Below, one piece after another: positions 45,062 through 54,172 of a stretch of 54,172 nt of DNA (position 1 is the first letter of the stretch; each line of letters begins with the position of its first letter). The notes beneath the pieces were generated by a model that saw only the letters and a list, made by a program, of their open reading frames with translations, searched no databases and was not told the origin of the DNA. Both the position numbers and the translations under genes were made by a program. Source of the DNA: an uncultured Atribacterota bacterium (lineage in GTDB: Bacteria; Atribacterota; Phoenicimicrobiia; Phoenicimicrobiales; Phoenicimicrobiaceae); the NCBI GenBank assembly GCA_964438695.1, contig CAYTKP010000003.1:1-54172 (forward strand), given 5' to 3'.

Positions 45062-45622
45062 ATGAGAATTACGCCAATGGATATTGAACAGCAGGAGTTT
45101 AGTAGATCTTTTCGAGGATACAACGAGGAAGAGGTAGATGATTTCTTAGACAAGATTGTGAAAGACTATGAGGAATTAATAAATGAAAATAACAAACTTA
45201 ATGAAGAAATCGAAAGAATGAAAGAACGACTGAAAGAATATAGTGAGATTGAAGAAACCTTAAGAAGTGCTTTGTTAAATGCCCAAAAATCAGCCGAAGA
45301 AATGAAAAAGAAGGTAGAAAATGAGGCTAAGATGATTATAGAAAAAGCAAAGATGGAAGCAGAAATGATAAAACAGCAAGCTTCTCAAAAGGGAGATGAA
45401 ATAAAAAATGAAATTGATAATCTTAGAAGATATAAATTCATTTTTAAAGAAAGACTTAAGTCTATGTTGAACTTATATCTAAACATGATAGAAACTGAAG
45501 AATTTGAAGAACAGGGAGGTTATGAGTTTACTAAGAAAAGCACAAATGATATAAAAATAGATGAAGCGAAAGTAGAAAAAAATCTTAAAGGTCTTGATGA
45601 AGAAGTACCGAAAAATGGATAA
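45062..45622 (+). CDS. divIVA: DivIVA-domain cell-division/polarity protein
   Basis: MRITPMDIEQQEFSRSFRGYNEEEVDDFLDKIVKDYE N-terminal DivIVA domain plus a coiled coil. Confidence 0.88.
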   Translation: MRITPMDIEQQEFSRSFRGYNEEEVDDFLDKIVKDYEELINENNKLNEEIERMKERLKEYSEIEETLRSALLNAQKSAEEMKKKVENEAKMIIEKAKMEAEMIKQQASQKGDEIKNEIDNLRRYKFIFKERLKSMLNLYLNMIETEEFEEQGGYEFTKKSTNDIKIDEAKVEKNLKGLDEEVPKNG

Positions 45623-45923
45623 TAACATAAATGATTTTTTTAAAATAGTGGGGAATAATATTATAATTAAATCTAAAATTATTCCCAATTCATCCAAAGA
45701 TAGGATTATGGGCATATATAATAATGCTTTAAAGATTGCTATTGCTGCGCCACCAGTTGAAGGAAAAGCAAATAAAAAATGCATATCTTTTTTAGCCAAA
45801 TATTTTGATATCGCAAAATCAAAAATTAAAATAATTTCAGGAATAAACAGTAAAGGCAAACTTATTAAGATTAATGATATTAACCCAAAAGAATTTTTCA
45901 ATAAAATAGAGAAAATTGTTTAA
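45615..45923 (+). CDS. DUF167 (YggU) family protein
   Basis: IIPNSSKDRIMG...LKIAIAAPPVEGKANKKCISFLAKYF matches the YggU pattern. ATG 45615 overlaps the divIVA stop. Confidence 0.7.
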   Translation: MDNNINDFFKIVGNNIIIKSKIIPNSSKDRIMGIYNNALKIAIAAPPVEGKANKKCISFLAKYFDIAKSKIKIISGINSKGKLIKINDINPKEFFNKIEKIV

Positions 45924-45996
45924 GAACTTAGAATTTAAAATTCCGGCGTCAGAATATTGTTAACGTACATAGTTATACTGTTTGCCAGTTACTTAT

Positions 45997-46025
45997 GAGA
46001 TATGCGAGATACGATATGCGAGAAT
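45997..46025 (+). repeat. GAGATA-N3-GAGATA-N8-GAGAAT direct repeats abutting the ileS leader -35
   Basis: GAGATA at 45997 and 46006, GAGAAT at 46020. The 11-mer GATATGCGAGA occurs twice (45999, 46013). Confidence 0.3.
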
Positions 46026-46027
46026 GA

Positions 46028-46057
46028 TTGACATAAACTAAATTAATATGATATTAT
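46028..46057 (+). promoter_or_regulatory. promoter of the ileS T-box leader
   Basis: TTGACA (46028-46033), 18-bp spacer, TATTAT (46052-46057). Confidence 0.5.
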
Positions 46058-46089
46058 TACGTAGATTTAAAATAAAAAATATTTGTTTA

Positions 46090-46364
46090 TTTTGTACGAG
46101 AAAGAGTAGGTAGATGCAATTTAATAGCGAACAGGGATAGTGCAAGCCTGTAATTTTTATCTATCGAAAATCTTCTCTGTATTTCTAATTGAAATTAAAT
46201 AAAGAGTAAATTAGAACGGTAAATATCGTTAAAATGGGGAGTAAATTTATTGGCAAATCTAAATATATTTACTTCTTGAGTTCATTATCGTGAGATAATG
46301 AAAAATATTAGGTGGTATCACAAGAAATTTAGACCTCTTGTCCTTTTAAGTGACAAGGGGTTTT
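46090..46364 (+). promoter_or_regulatory. T-box riboswitch, Ile specifier (AUC)
   Basis: Stem I with AGAGTA. Specifier-loop GAAA-ATC at 46166-46172, F-box-like CGTTA, and T-box ATTAGGTGGTATCACAAG (46307-46324, UGGU complementary to ACCA). ACAAG/CTTGT antiterminator alternates with the terminator CCTCTTGTC/GACAAGGGG + TTTT (46334-46364). Confidence 0.85.
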
Positions 46365-46562
46365 ATTATAATGTAATTAATATCACGCAATTTAAAAGAA
46401 AATCCGAAGTTAAAAGGCGAATTATTTTAGAAAAGAATAAATTTTAACATAATTACTAAGGGAGACATTATAATAAGAACAAAAAATACCAAAAGGTAGA
46501 AAGGTTTTATGGTGTAGACTTACTATCTTTTGACAATCTTAATGCTATAAGGAGAGATTTCT

Positions 46563-49382
46563 ATGGAAATAGAATATAAAGACACTTTAAATTTACCTAA
46601 AACAAAATTTAAAATGAAAGCCAATTTAGCACAAGAAGAACCTAAAATGCTAAAATTTTGGGAAGAAGAAGAAGTATACAAAAAAATATTGAAAAAAAAG
46701 AAAGGTCTAAAAAAATATATTTTACATGATGGCCCTCCCTATGCTAATGGTAATATTCATATAGGAACTGCCTATAATAAAATATTAAAAGACATAATTC
46801 CTAAATATAAATCAATGAATAATTTTAATGCTTATTATGTACCCGGTTGGGATACCCATGGACTGCCCATAGAATATCAAGTTATAAAGAATCAAAAATT
46901 ATCCTTAAGTGAGATTAACCCAGTTGAACTAAGGAGAAAGTGTAAAGAATATGCTCAACATTATATTAATGAACAGAGAGAAGAATTTAAACGTTTAGGG
47001 GTAATGGGTGATTGGGAGAACCCTTATTTAACCTTTAATCCAGCTTATGAAGCAGAACAGATAGATATTTTTGGAAAAATGTATTCTAAAGGATACATAT
47101 ATAAGGGATTGAAACCCATTTATTGGTGTACTAATTGTGAAACAGCTTTAGCTGCTGCAGAAATTGAATATCACGATAAAGAATCTTTTTCTATTTACGT
47201 AAAATTTTTAGTCAAGGATAATCTGGAGAAAATATTTCCTGAAGCTAATTCAGGAGAAAACTATGTAGTTATCTGGACTACTACTCCCTGGACTATTCCA
47301 GGAAATATGGCCATTGCCCTCAATCCAAATATTGAATACAGTTTGCTCAAGACAGAAAAAGGGAATCTCTTGTTAGCTTCTGGCTTAGTAGAAAGAGTGA
47401 TGAAAGAAGTTGGAATTAAAAATTACCAAATTATTGGAAAAGAAAAAGGTAAGTTATTAGAAGGTATAAAATGTAAGCACCCTATTTTTGAAAGAGATTC
47501 TGTAATTATACTAGGTGATCATGCTACTTTAGAAGAAGGGACTGGTTGTGTTCATACTGCACCAGGACATGGACAAGAGGATTATGAGATAGGAATGAAA
47601 TACAAAATTCCGATATTTACCACTCTCAATAGTCAGGGAAAATTTAACCAGGAAGGTGGAAAATTTGAGGGATTGACTTACCGGGAAGGCAATACCGCTG
47701 TAATAGAAGAACTGGAAGAAAACGGAAATTTATTAAAAGTTGCTAAAATAACCCATTCTTACCCTCATTGTTGGCGTTGTAAAAAACCAGTAGTATTTCG
47801 GGCTACCGAACAGTGGTTTGTTTCGATAGAAGCTTTTCGTGATTTAGCTTTATCTGAAATAAAAAAAGTTCAATGGGTTCCTGAATGGGGAGAAGAAAAA
47901 ATTTATGGTATGGTTCAAAATAGAAGCGATTGGTGTATTTCTCGCCAAAGGGTATGGGGAGTGCCTATACCTGTTTTTTATTGTAAAAAATGTAGAGAGA
48001 TTATTGTAAATAACGAAACTATTAATAGAGTTAAAGAGTTATTTCTAAAAAAGGGTTCAAATTCTTGGTTTGCTATGTCTGCTAGTGAAATATTACCCAA
48101 AGGCTATCGGTGCCCCTATTGCAAAGGTCAGGAATTTGAAAAAGAAAAGGATATAATGGATGTCTGGTTTGACTCGGGATGTAGTCATGCTGCCGTACTA
48201 AAGAAAAGAGAGGAACTTCATTGGCCAGCAGAGTTATATTTAGAAGGGACAGATCAACATAGAGGATGGTTCCAGACTTCTCTTTTAACTTCAGTGGCAG
48301 CTTTTAAAAAAGCTCCTTACAAAACTGTTTTAACTCATGGATTCATTGTTGATGCTGAAGGCAAGAAAATGTCCAAATCATTGGGAAATGTCATTGCTCC
48401 CCAGGAGATAATTAAAAAATACGGAGCAGATATATTAAGATTATGGGTTGCTTCTTCTGACTATCAGACCGATATCAGGATTTCTAATAGGATATTAGAA
48501 CAGTTAGTAGAAATATATCGGAGAATTAGAAATACTGCTCGCTTTATCTTGGGGAATCTATATGACTTTAATCCTGAGACCGATATAATTTCTTATGATA
48601 AACTTACAGAATTAGATAGATTGCTTTTAAGTAATTTTCAAGGTTTAATTAAAAGAGTGAATGAAGATTATGAAAAATTTGAATTTCATTCTCTTTATCA
48701 TGAAATTCATAATTTTTGTACTATCAATCTTAGTTCATTTTATTTAGATATAATTAAGGATAGGTTGTATACTGCTTTTTCTAATTCCATAGAACGTCGA
48801 TCAGCTCAAACGGTCTTATATCAGATATTAGATGATTTAGTTAAGCTGATTGCTCCGGTATTAAGTTTTACTGCAGAAGAGATCTGGCAGCACTTAACAG
48901 AGATCAAAAAAGATGAAATAAGCGTTTTTCTTACTTCCTGGCCTAAAATAAAAGAAGAATATATTGATAAAGATTTAGAACAAAAATGGGAAGATATTTT
49001 AAAGATCAGGAAAGATGTATTAAAGGCATTAGAATTAAAAAGACAGAAGGGCTATATAGGTAATTCTTTAGAAGCACAAGTAAATATCTATACTGAAGAC
49101 CAGGAAATATATGATTACTTGAAATCCTTTAAAGGACAATTAGAAACAATCTTTATTGTCTCTAAAGTGAAGTTAGTCTATGGGAAAAAAGATCTGATAT
49201 CTGATATCTATCAAGGAGAAGAAATGCCTGTTATTAAAGTACTAATAACTAAAGCCCCAGGTAATAAATGTGAAAGATGTTGGGGTTATAGTGAAACAGT
49301 AGGAGAAGACCAAGAGTATCCTACCATTTGCTGTAAATGTGCCAAGGTAATGCACAGTCACTTTAATGAGCAAAATGCTTAA
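46563..49382 (+). CDS. ileS: isoleucyl-tRNA synthetase (type 1, C-terminal zinc finger)
   Basis: HIGH motif (PPYANGNIHIGT), KMSKS (KKMSKSLGN), CP1 editing insertion, and C-terminal CERCW...CCKC. Confidence 0.97.
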   Translation: MEIEYKDTLNLPKTKFKMKANLAQEEPKMLKFWEEEEVYKKILKKKKGLKKYILHDGPPYANGNIHIGTAYNKILKDIIPKYKSMNNFNAYYVPGWDTHGLPIEYQVIKNQKLSLSEINPVELRRKCKEYAQHYINEQREEFKRLGVMGDWENPYLTFNPAYEAEQIDIFGKMYSKGYIYKGLKPIYWCTNCETALAAAEIEYHDKESFSIYVKFLVKDNLEKIFPEANSGENYVVIWTTTPWTIPGNMAIALNPNIEYSLLKTEKGNLLLASGLVERVMKEVGIKNYQIIGKEKGKLLEGIKCKHPIFERDSVIILGDHATLEEGTGCVHTAPGHGQEDYEIGMKYKIPIFTTLNSQGKFNQEGGKFEGLTYREGNTAVIEELEENGNLLKVAKITHSYPHCWRCKKPVVFRATEQWFVSIEAFRDLALSEIKKVQWVPEWGEEKIYGMVQNRSDWCISRQRVWGVPIPVFYCKKCREIIVNNETINRVKELFLKKGSNSWFAMSASEILPKGYRCPYCKGQEFEKEKDIMDVWFDSGCSHAAVLKKREELHWPAELYLEGTDQHRGWFQTSLLTSVAAFKKAPYKTVLTHGFIVDAEGKKMSKSLGNVIAPQEIIKKYGADILRLWVASSDYQTDIRISNRILEQLVEIYRRIRNTARFILGNLYDFNPETDIISYDKLTELDRLLLSNFQGLIKRVNEDYEKFEFHSLYHEIHNFCTINLSSFYLDIIKDRLYTAFSNSIERRSAQTVLYQILDDLVKLIAPVLSFTAEEIWQHLTEIKKDEISVFLTSWPKIKEEYIDKDLEQKWEDILKIRKDVLKALELKRQKGYIGNSLEAQVNIYTEDQEIYDYLKSFKGQLETIFIVSKVKLVYGKKDLISDIYQGEEMPVIKVLITKAPGNKCERCWGYSETVGEDQEYPTICCKCAKVMHSHFNEQNA

Positions 49383-49395
49383 TAAAGGAAAGATA

Positions 49396-49848
49396 ATGAA
49401 ATTTATTGGCTGGGCAATATTGGTAATACTGTTAGATCAAGGTAGTAAGTTTTTTATTCAACAAAAAATGAAAATTGGAGAGTCTATACCTATAATTAAA
49501 GGGATATTTCATATTACTTATATAGAAAATCCTCGAACTGCCTTTGGAATTTTTCAATATCAAACTATATTTTTCGTAATAGCAATTTTAATTTCGGTAA
49601 TTTTGATTATTTTAATTTCCAGAAAGATGGTTTTTAAGAAGGACTCTCTTGTGTATATTCCTTTAACCCTGGTTTTGGGTGGGGCGATAGGCAATCTTAT
49701 TGATCGGCTGAGAACTGGTCGAGTTACAGATTTTTTAGATTTTCGAATTTGGCCAATCTTTAACTTTGCTGATACAGCAATAGTATGCGGTATGTTAATA
49801 TTAGTAGTTTATTTTTTGTTTTATGCCAAAGAAGAGAATAAGGAGTAG
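49396..49848 (+). CDS. lspA: lipoprotein signal peptidase II
   Basis: LLDQGSK, NPRTAFG and FNFADTAI catalytic-Asp motifs. The start could instead be 49366, overlapping ileS. Confidence 0.9.
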   Translation: MKFIGWAILVILLDQGSKFFIQQKMKIGESIPIIKGIFHITYIENPRTAFGIFQYQTIFFVIAILISVILIILISRKMVFKKDSLVYIPLTLVLGGAIGNLIDRLRTGRVTDFLDFRIWPIFNFADTAIVCGMLILVVYFLFYAKEENKE

Positions 49849-49854
49849 AATATA

Positions 49855-50658
49855 ATGTATAGAATTTTATTCCACATTGGTTCATTTCCTATTTATTCTT
49901 ATGGAGTAATGATTGCTTTAGCCTTTGTAACAGGAATATTGTTTGCTATGAGAGAAGCAAAAAGATATGAAGAAGATCCGGAGAGAATTTTAGATATAAG
50001 CTTGTATATTATTATAGGTGCTCTAATAGGAGGTAGATTAGGATATGTAATATTTCATCTTGATTATTATACAAAAAGCCCTTTGGAAATATTTTATTTC
50101 AGGCAAGGAGGATTGTCTTTTTTAGGAGCTTTTATTTTGGCTTATATTCTTAGTTTGTGGTATGTCAAAAGAAGTAAGCTTTCATTTTGGAAATATACTG
50201 ATATTATTGCCCCATCTATTGCTCTTGGTTTAGGAATTGGGAGAATAGGTTGTTTTTTGAATGGATGTTGTTTTGGTGTGGTATCGGAAAAATATGGAAT
50301 CAAATTTCCTGCTTTAAATATGCCTCCTGTATATCTGCAACAGTTAAAAGATGGATTAATTGCTTCTGGAAGTTCCCACAGTTTACCGGTAATTCCCACT
50401 CAACTTTGTTCTTCCCTGTATGGATTTTTAATTTTTATTATTCTTATCTGGATAAAAAAGTATAAAAAATATGATGGGTTTATTTTCTTGATTTTCTTGA
50501 TATTGTATTCTATATCTCGTTTTATCATAGAATTTTTTAGATTCCATGAAGATGATTATATATTTTTAAATTTAACTGTTACCCAAGCTATTTGTATTAT
50601 TATTGCCTTTTGTTCATTAATTTTTATGCGTATTTTAAATAAAGATAAAGCTAAATAA
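49855..50658 (+). CDS. lgt: prolipoprotein diacylglyceryl transferase
   Basis: GGRLGYV, GRIGCFLNGCCFG and PTQL motifs. Confidence 0.92.
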   Translation: MYRILFHIGSFPIYSYGVMIALAFVTGILFAMREAKRYEEDPERILDISLYIIIGALIGGRLGYVIFHLDYYTKSPLEIFYFRQGGLSFLGAFILAYILSLWYVKRSKLSFWKYTDIIAPSIALGLGIGRIGCFLNGCCFGVVSEKYGIKFPALNMPPVYLQQLKDGLIASGSSHSLPVIPTQLCSSLYGFLIFIILIWIKKYKKYDGFIFLIFLILYSISRFIIEFFRFHEDDYIFLNLTVTQAICIIIAFCSLIFMRILNKDKAK

Positions 50659-50698
50659 GTAAGATAAAACATAAAGCTAAAGGTGTAAAACCATAATT

Positions 50699-50741
50699 CA
50701 AAACCTAAAGTTTTTATCTTAGCTTTAGATTTTAGGTTTTG
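50699..50741 (+). terminator. hairpin after lgt
   Basis: 11-bp stem CAAAACCTAAA/TTTAGGTTTTG with a 21-nt loop. The downstream T-tract is weak. Confidence 0.45.
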
Positions 50742-50832
50742 GTATTAAGTTTTGCATTTTGTGCTTTTAGTTATAAGAATAATGGAGAGGTATAATGTAT
50801 TGGGCCTCTACAGTAAAGGATATTCCTGATAA

Positions 50833-51759
50833 ATGGAAGAAAGAGAAAAAACTATTTTTTATGATGGTGAAGATAAGATTAGAATCGATACTTATCTAAC
50901 CAGGGAAGGAATGCTCCCTTCCAGATCTCAAGTCCAGAACCTAATCACTCAAGGCAAGATAAAAGTAAATAATAACCTGATTAAACCAAGTTATCTATTA
51001 AGAAATGGAGATAAAATTGATCTATATTTACCAGAAGTTAAAGAATTAGAAATTAAGGCAGAAAAAATCCTTTTAGACATTGTCTATGAAGATGAATATC
51101 TAATTGTGATTAACAAGCCACCAGGAATGATAGTTCATCCAGCTGGGAAAATACGTTCTGGTACTTTAGTCAATGCCTTATTATATCATTGTCAAGGTTC
51201 TCTATCAGGGATAGGTGGGATAATTAGACCAGGAATTGTTCATCGGTTAGATAAAAATACTTCAGGTATAATGGTAGTTGCCAAAAATGACTTTGCCCAT
51301 CTTGATTTGTCTCGTCAAATAAAAAATCGTCAGATAACTAAAAAATATATTGCTTTAGTTTATGGAAAGGTAGAAAATGAATCGGGGATTATCGATGCGC
51401 CAATCGGTAGAAATTTAAGAGACCGAAAAAAAATGGCAGTGATTGAAGGGAAGAGCAGAGCTGCCTTAACTAAATTTAAAGTATTGAAGAGATTTTTAGA
51501 TTACACTTTGCTTGAAATAGAGATCTACACTGGTAGAACTCATCAGATAAGGGTTCACTTGTCTTTTATTGGCTATCCTGTGGTAGGTGATAAAGTATAT
51601 AGCCGCAAAAAGCAGGTATTAGATATAAATAGACAAGCCTTGCATTCATACATTTTAGGCTTTGTCCATCCTTTTATCAAAAGATATATGGAATTTCATG
51701 CTCCTTTACCGAATGATATGCAGAAACTGATTAATTATTTAGAAAAACGCGAGAGGTAA
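50833..51759 (+). CDS. rluD: 23S rRNA pseudouridine synthase, RluA family (RluD-like, S4 domain)
   Basis: N-terminal S4 domain (RIDTYL...SRSQVQNLI), catalytic HRLDKNTSG, and GRTHQIRVH. Confidence 0.88.
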   Translation: MEEREKTIFYDGEDKIRIDTYLTREGMLPSRSQVQNLITQGKIKVNNNLIKPSYLLRNGDKIDLYLPEVKELEIKAEKILLDIVYEDEYLIVINKPPGMIVHPAGKIRSGTLVNALLYHCQGSLSGIGGIIRPGIVHRLDKNTSGIMVVAKNDFAHLDLSRQIKNRQITKKYIALVYGKVENESGIIDAPIGRNLRDRKKMAVIEGKSRAALTKFKVLKRFLDYTLLEIEIYTGRTHQIRVHLSFIGYPVVGDKVYSRKKQVLDINRQALHSYILGFVHPFIKRYMEFHAPLPNDMQKLINYLEKRER

Positions 51760-51888
51760 AAAATAATTTAGAATTTAGATGAAATGTTTTCAGTTTTTAA
51801 TTTTTGCCCGTGAAAAGAGATAGGAGTTTTAGCTTGTCCGCTTTTGGGGAAATAAGTTTAGGGTTAAGGGATAAGGGAGTTTACTTTC

Positions 51889-53721
51889 CTAACTACTATG
51901 GGAAATTATATCTTTAATAGCCTGGGGATCTATTTTAATTAAAAGACTTTTTTCATGAGAATAAGTGACCATACCAGGTTTGGCATTTTTGGGTTTTTTT
52001 ACATATTTTTTCAGAGTATAATCAACTAGTACTTTTTTTTCATTTCTAGCCTTACTGAAATAAGCAGCTAATTGGGCAGCTTGAAGTAAGGTGCTTAGTG
52101 GTGGAGTCTGGTAGCCACCTCTATTTTTAATAATTACATGGGAACCATGAATAGTTTTTGTATGTAACCAGATATCATTTCCTGATGCAAGTTTTAGAGT
52201 TAAAAAATCATTCTGTTGGTTGTTTTTACCTACATAAATTTCCCAACCATCTTTAGAAACATATTTTGTCGGTTTTAATTTATTTCTTTCTTTTTTCTGC
52301 TTTTTGACAGGGGCAATTACTTTCTTGGCCAATCCCAATTTTACTAATTTATTATAAATTTCTTGCAGATTAGAAAGAGAATTACTATTCTGCTTATATA
52401 ATTTTTGGAGGTCTTCTAATTGGGAGAGTTTTTCCTGGTTACTATTTAATTGTTCAGAAATTATTTTTAGACTATCTTTTGTTTTTCTATATTTTTTGAA
52501 ATATGACTGAGCATTCTGTAAGGGAGTTAGACTCTTATTTAAGGGAATGGTTATAACTTCTTGTTGAGGAGAGTAATAGTTAATAGTGGTGATTTTTGCC
52601 TCCCCCCTTTTAATATTCCCAAGATTTGATTTTATCAATTCACCCATCAATTTGTATCTATCACAGTTTTTCACTTCTAAGATTTTATTCTGGTAAATAT
52701 TTATCTTTTCATTTAGTTTGGCCATATTTTTATTGATTATGCGTTTTAATTTATTCTTTAAAGAAATAATTTCTCTTTCTTTTTCTTCTTCCGTAAAAAA
52801 ATATTTTAAGCAGGAGTTTGTATCATTAAATGATAATTTGTTACAGCGCGGGGATTTCCTGGATTCAATTAGTGAATAAGTCTTTATCTTTCTAGATTGT
52901 GGATCTAAAAAGATAGTGGGATTAAAATGTTGGTGTTTAATGTTTTCTATAATCCTGTTTAAAGAAGACCATAAAAATTCTAATTCCCTAGATGATACTT
53001 CTAAAATTTTCTTATCTGGAAGTAAATTTGCTTGGAAAATTATTTCTTTTGCACTTTGGGGGCTTATCCCTTTAAGTTTATTTTTTAAAAGGTGTCCGAG
53101 ACTAAGTTCTTTATCACTACAGGAATAAAAGATATTAAAGAAATTTTCTTTACTTATTTCTAAGGGGTTCAATTTATTCTGAGAGGGAGGAGGAGTGTAT
53201 AATTTACCAGGAATTACCTCTCTGTATCTATTGATTTTTGAAGTTATCGATTTAATGCTTCCTTCTATTATATTGTTTTCGTTAAGAAGAATCATGTTGC
53301 TATGTTTACCCATGAATTCTACAACCAGAGTTATATTTTTAGTTTTACCAAATTTAAGATATGGCTGGATAATAAAATGTAATATTCGGTCAAAATCGAG
53401 GTGTTTTATATCTAAAATTTTTCCTCCGATAAACTGGCTTTGTAATAAAGCTAAAAAGGGAGAGTTAGTAGTTTCTTTAATATTTTCTGCCTCTGAAAAA
53501 TAAATTTCCATCTTTGAGGGATCTGTCGAAATATGAATATGAAATAATTTCTTACTTTTAGTTATCTTATCAGTACTATAAGAGGGCAAAGCTCTAACAG
53601 GTTTTATTTCAAAAATAATTTTGTATTTTTTAACTTGAAATATGTTTACTATCTTCGCATCTTTAAACATATTGATGAGTTCTTTTCTGATTGCTGTTAG
53701 AGTAATGCTATCTAAAGACAT
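51889..53721 (-). CDS. rqcH: NFACT-family ribosome quality-control protein (FbpA/RqcH-like)
   Basis: N-terminal NFACT-N pattern, central coiled coil, and C-terminal NFACT-R/DUF814 (SKDGWEIYVGKNNQQND...DIWLHTKTIHGSHVII). Confidence 0.8.
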   Translation of the reverse strand: MSLDSITLTAIRKELINMFKDAKIVNIFQVKKYKIIFEIKPVRALPSYSTDKITKSKKLFHIHISTDPSKMEIYFSEAENIKETTNSPFLALLQSQFIGGKILDIKHLDFDRILHFIIQPYLKFGKTKNITLVVEFMGKHSNMILLNENNIIEGSIKSITSKINRYREVIPGKLYTPPPSQNKLNPLEISKENFFNIFYSCSDKELSLGHLLKNKLKGISPQSAKEIIFQANLLPDKKILEVSSRELEFLWSSLNRIIENIKHQHFNPTIFLDPQSRKIKTYSLIESRKSPRCNKLSFNDTNSCLKYFFTEEEKEREIISLKNKLKRIINKNMAKLNEKINIYQNKILEVKNCDRYKLMGELIKSNLGNIKRGEAKITTINYYSPQQEVITIPLNKSLTPLQNAQSYFKKYRKTKDSLKIISEQLNSNQEKLSQLEDLQKLYKQNSNSLSNLQEIYNKLVKLGLAKKVIAPVKKQKKERNKLKPTKYVSKDGWEIYVGKNNQQNDFLTLKLASGNDIWLHTKTIHGSHVIIKNRGGYQTPPLSTLLQAAQLAAYFSKARNEKKVLVDYTLKKYVKKPKNAKPGMVTYSHEKSLLIKIDPQAIKDIISHSS

Positions 53722-53801
53722 AGATATTATCTCCCCTTTGCTGCTAAATTGGTCGTTAAAATTCTAGAAAAGAAAAATTTCCTGTATAATAATATAATCT
53801 A

Positions 53802-54137
53802 TTAGACAAATATATTCAAGAAAATAAAAAAAGCGGTATGTGTTAAATTTTTGTAGGTACTTTTTTCTATTACAAAAGATCCTCTGCTTTCAGGTAGACC
53901 TAAAACGACTACCCAGGGTTTATCCTGATGTGGCCCATCTAAGGCTGGGATTCTGGCCTGGATTATCGGGGAAGAGTAACCCTCCTGGGTAAAACAGGAA
54001 GCAGATAAAGCTGGTTTAGGTGGTGTTAGCTTGATAGGATGATTCCTCTGTTTCTTCCAGTAGGAGTCCCACTTACCATTGAGAATAGTTTCTTTTACCT
54101 TTTTTAAAGCGTGAGCAAATGTAATATTATTTGACAT
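53802..54137 (-). CDS. hypothetical protein, no recognisable family
   Basis: 111-aa ORF upstream of rqcH on the same strand. The C-terminal ~15 residues run into AT-rich promoter-like sequence, so the end may be artefactual. Confidence 0.3.
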   Translation of the reverse strand: MSNNITFAHALKKVKETILNGKWDSYWKKQRNHPIKLTPPKPALSASCFTQEGYSSPIIQARIPALDGPHQDKPWVVVLGLPESRGSFVIEKSTYKNLTHTAFFIFLNIFV

Positions 54138-54172
54138 CCCTTAACTATTACCATAAAATTAATGTGAAGTTT

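Noticed and set aside
45479-45901. 140-aa minus-strand ORF antisense to divIVA and DUF167
   Set aside because: It gives a low-complexity I/F/L/K product typical of the reverse frame of AAA/GAA-rich coding DNA. Both sense-strand genes are well supported.

Overview
This is a 54.2-kb stretch of low-G+C bacterial chromosome, probably from an anaerobe (class III RNR, many Fe-S flavoproteins). Almost all genes are on the + strand. The backbone is conserved housekeeping synteny. It runs CPBP protease, ndk, nfu; rlmN, a tRNA(CAU), a COG1579 zinc-ribbon protein and RNase P RNA. A nearly complete dcw cluster follows: mraZ-rsmH-ftsL-ftsI-murE-murF-mraY-ftsW-murG-murC-murB-ftsQ-ftsA-ftsZ, without murD or ddl. 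Next comes the Firmicute-like ylm/divIVA block (pgeF, yggS, yggT, divIVA, DUF167), then T-box-ileS, lspA, lgt and rluD. A convergent rqcH (NFACT) gene lies on the - strand. Two blocks interrupt this backbone: an nrdR-nrdD-thioredoxin-like-nrdG operon, and a block of higher G+C holding a five-subunit Fe-S/FAD amino-acid dehydrogenase-like cluster, a Liv-type ABC transporter and phoU. The most interesting items are as follows. (1) A 1,642-aa fusion protein (HD, HEAT-like repeats, NadD-like nucleotidyltransferase, PurF-like PRTase) heads an operon with a divergent LDH-like protein and a two-domain flavodoxin-like protein. (2) A glycine riboswitch with a terminator platform sits in front of pgeF and the Hcn/opine-oxidase/PDH-like Fe-S flavoenzyme genes. 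(3) A recurrent roughly 38-nt hairpin motif with compensatory changes occurs in dcw intergenic spacers. Also noted are MraZ boxes, candidate tandem NrdR boxes, several short operator-like repeats, and a yggS gene whose conserved N-terminus lies upstream of any canonical start codon. No CRISPR array, transposase, integrase or rRNA was seen.
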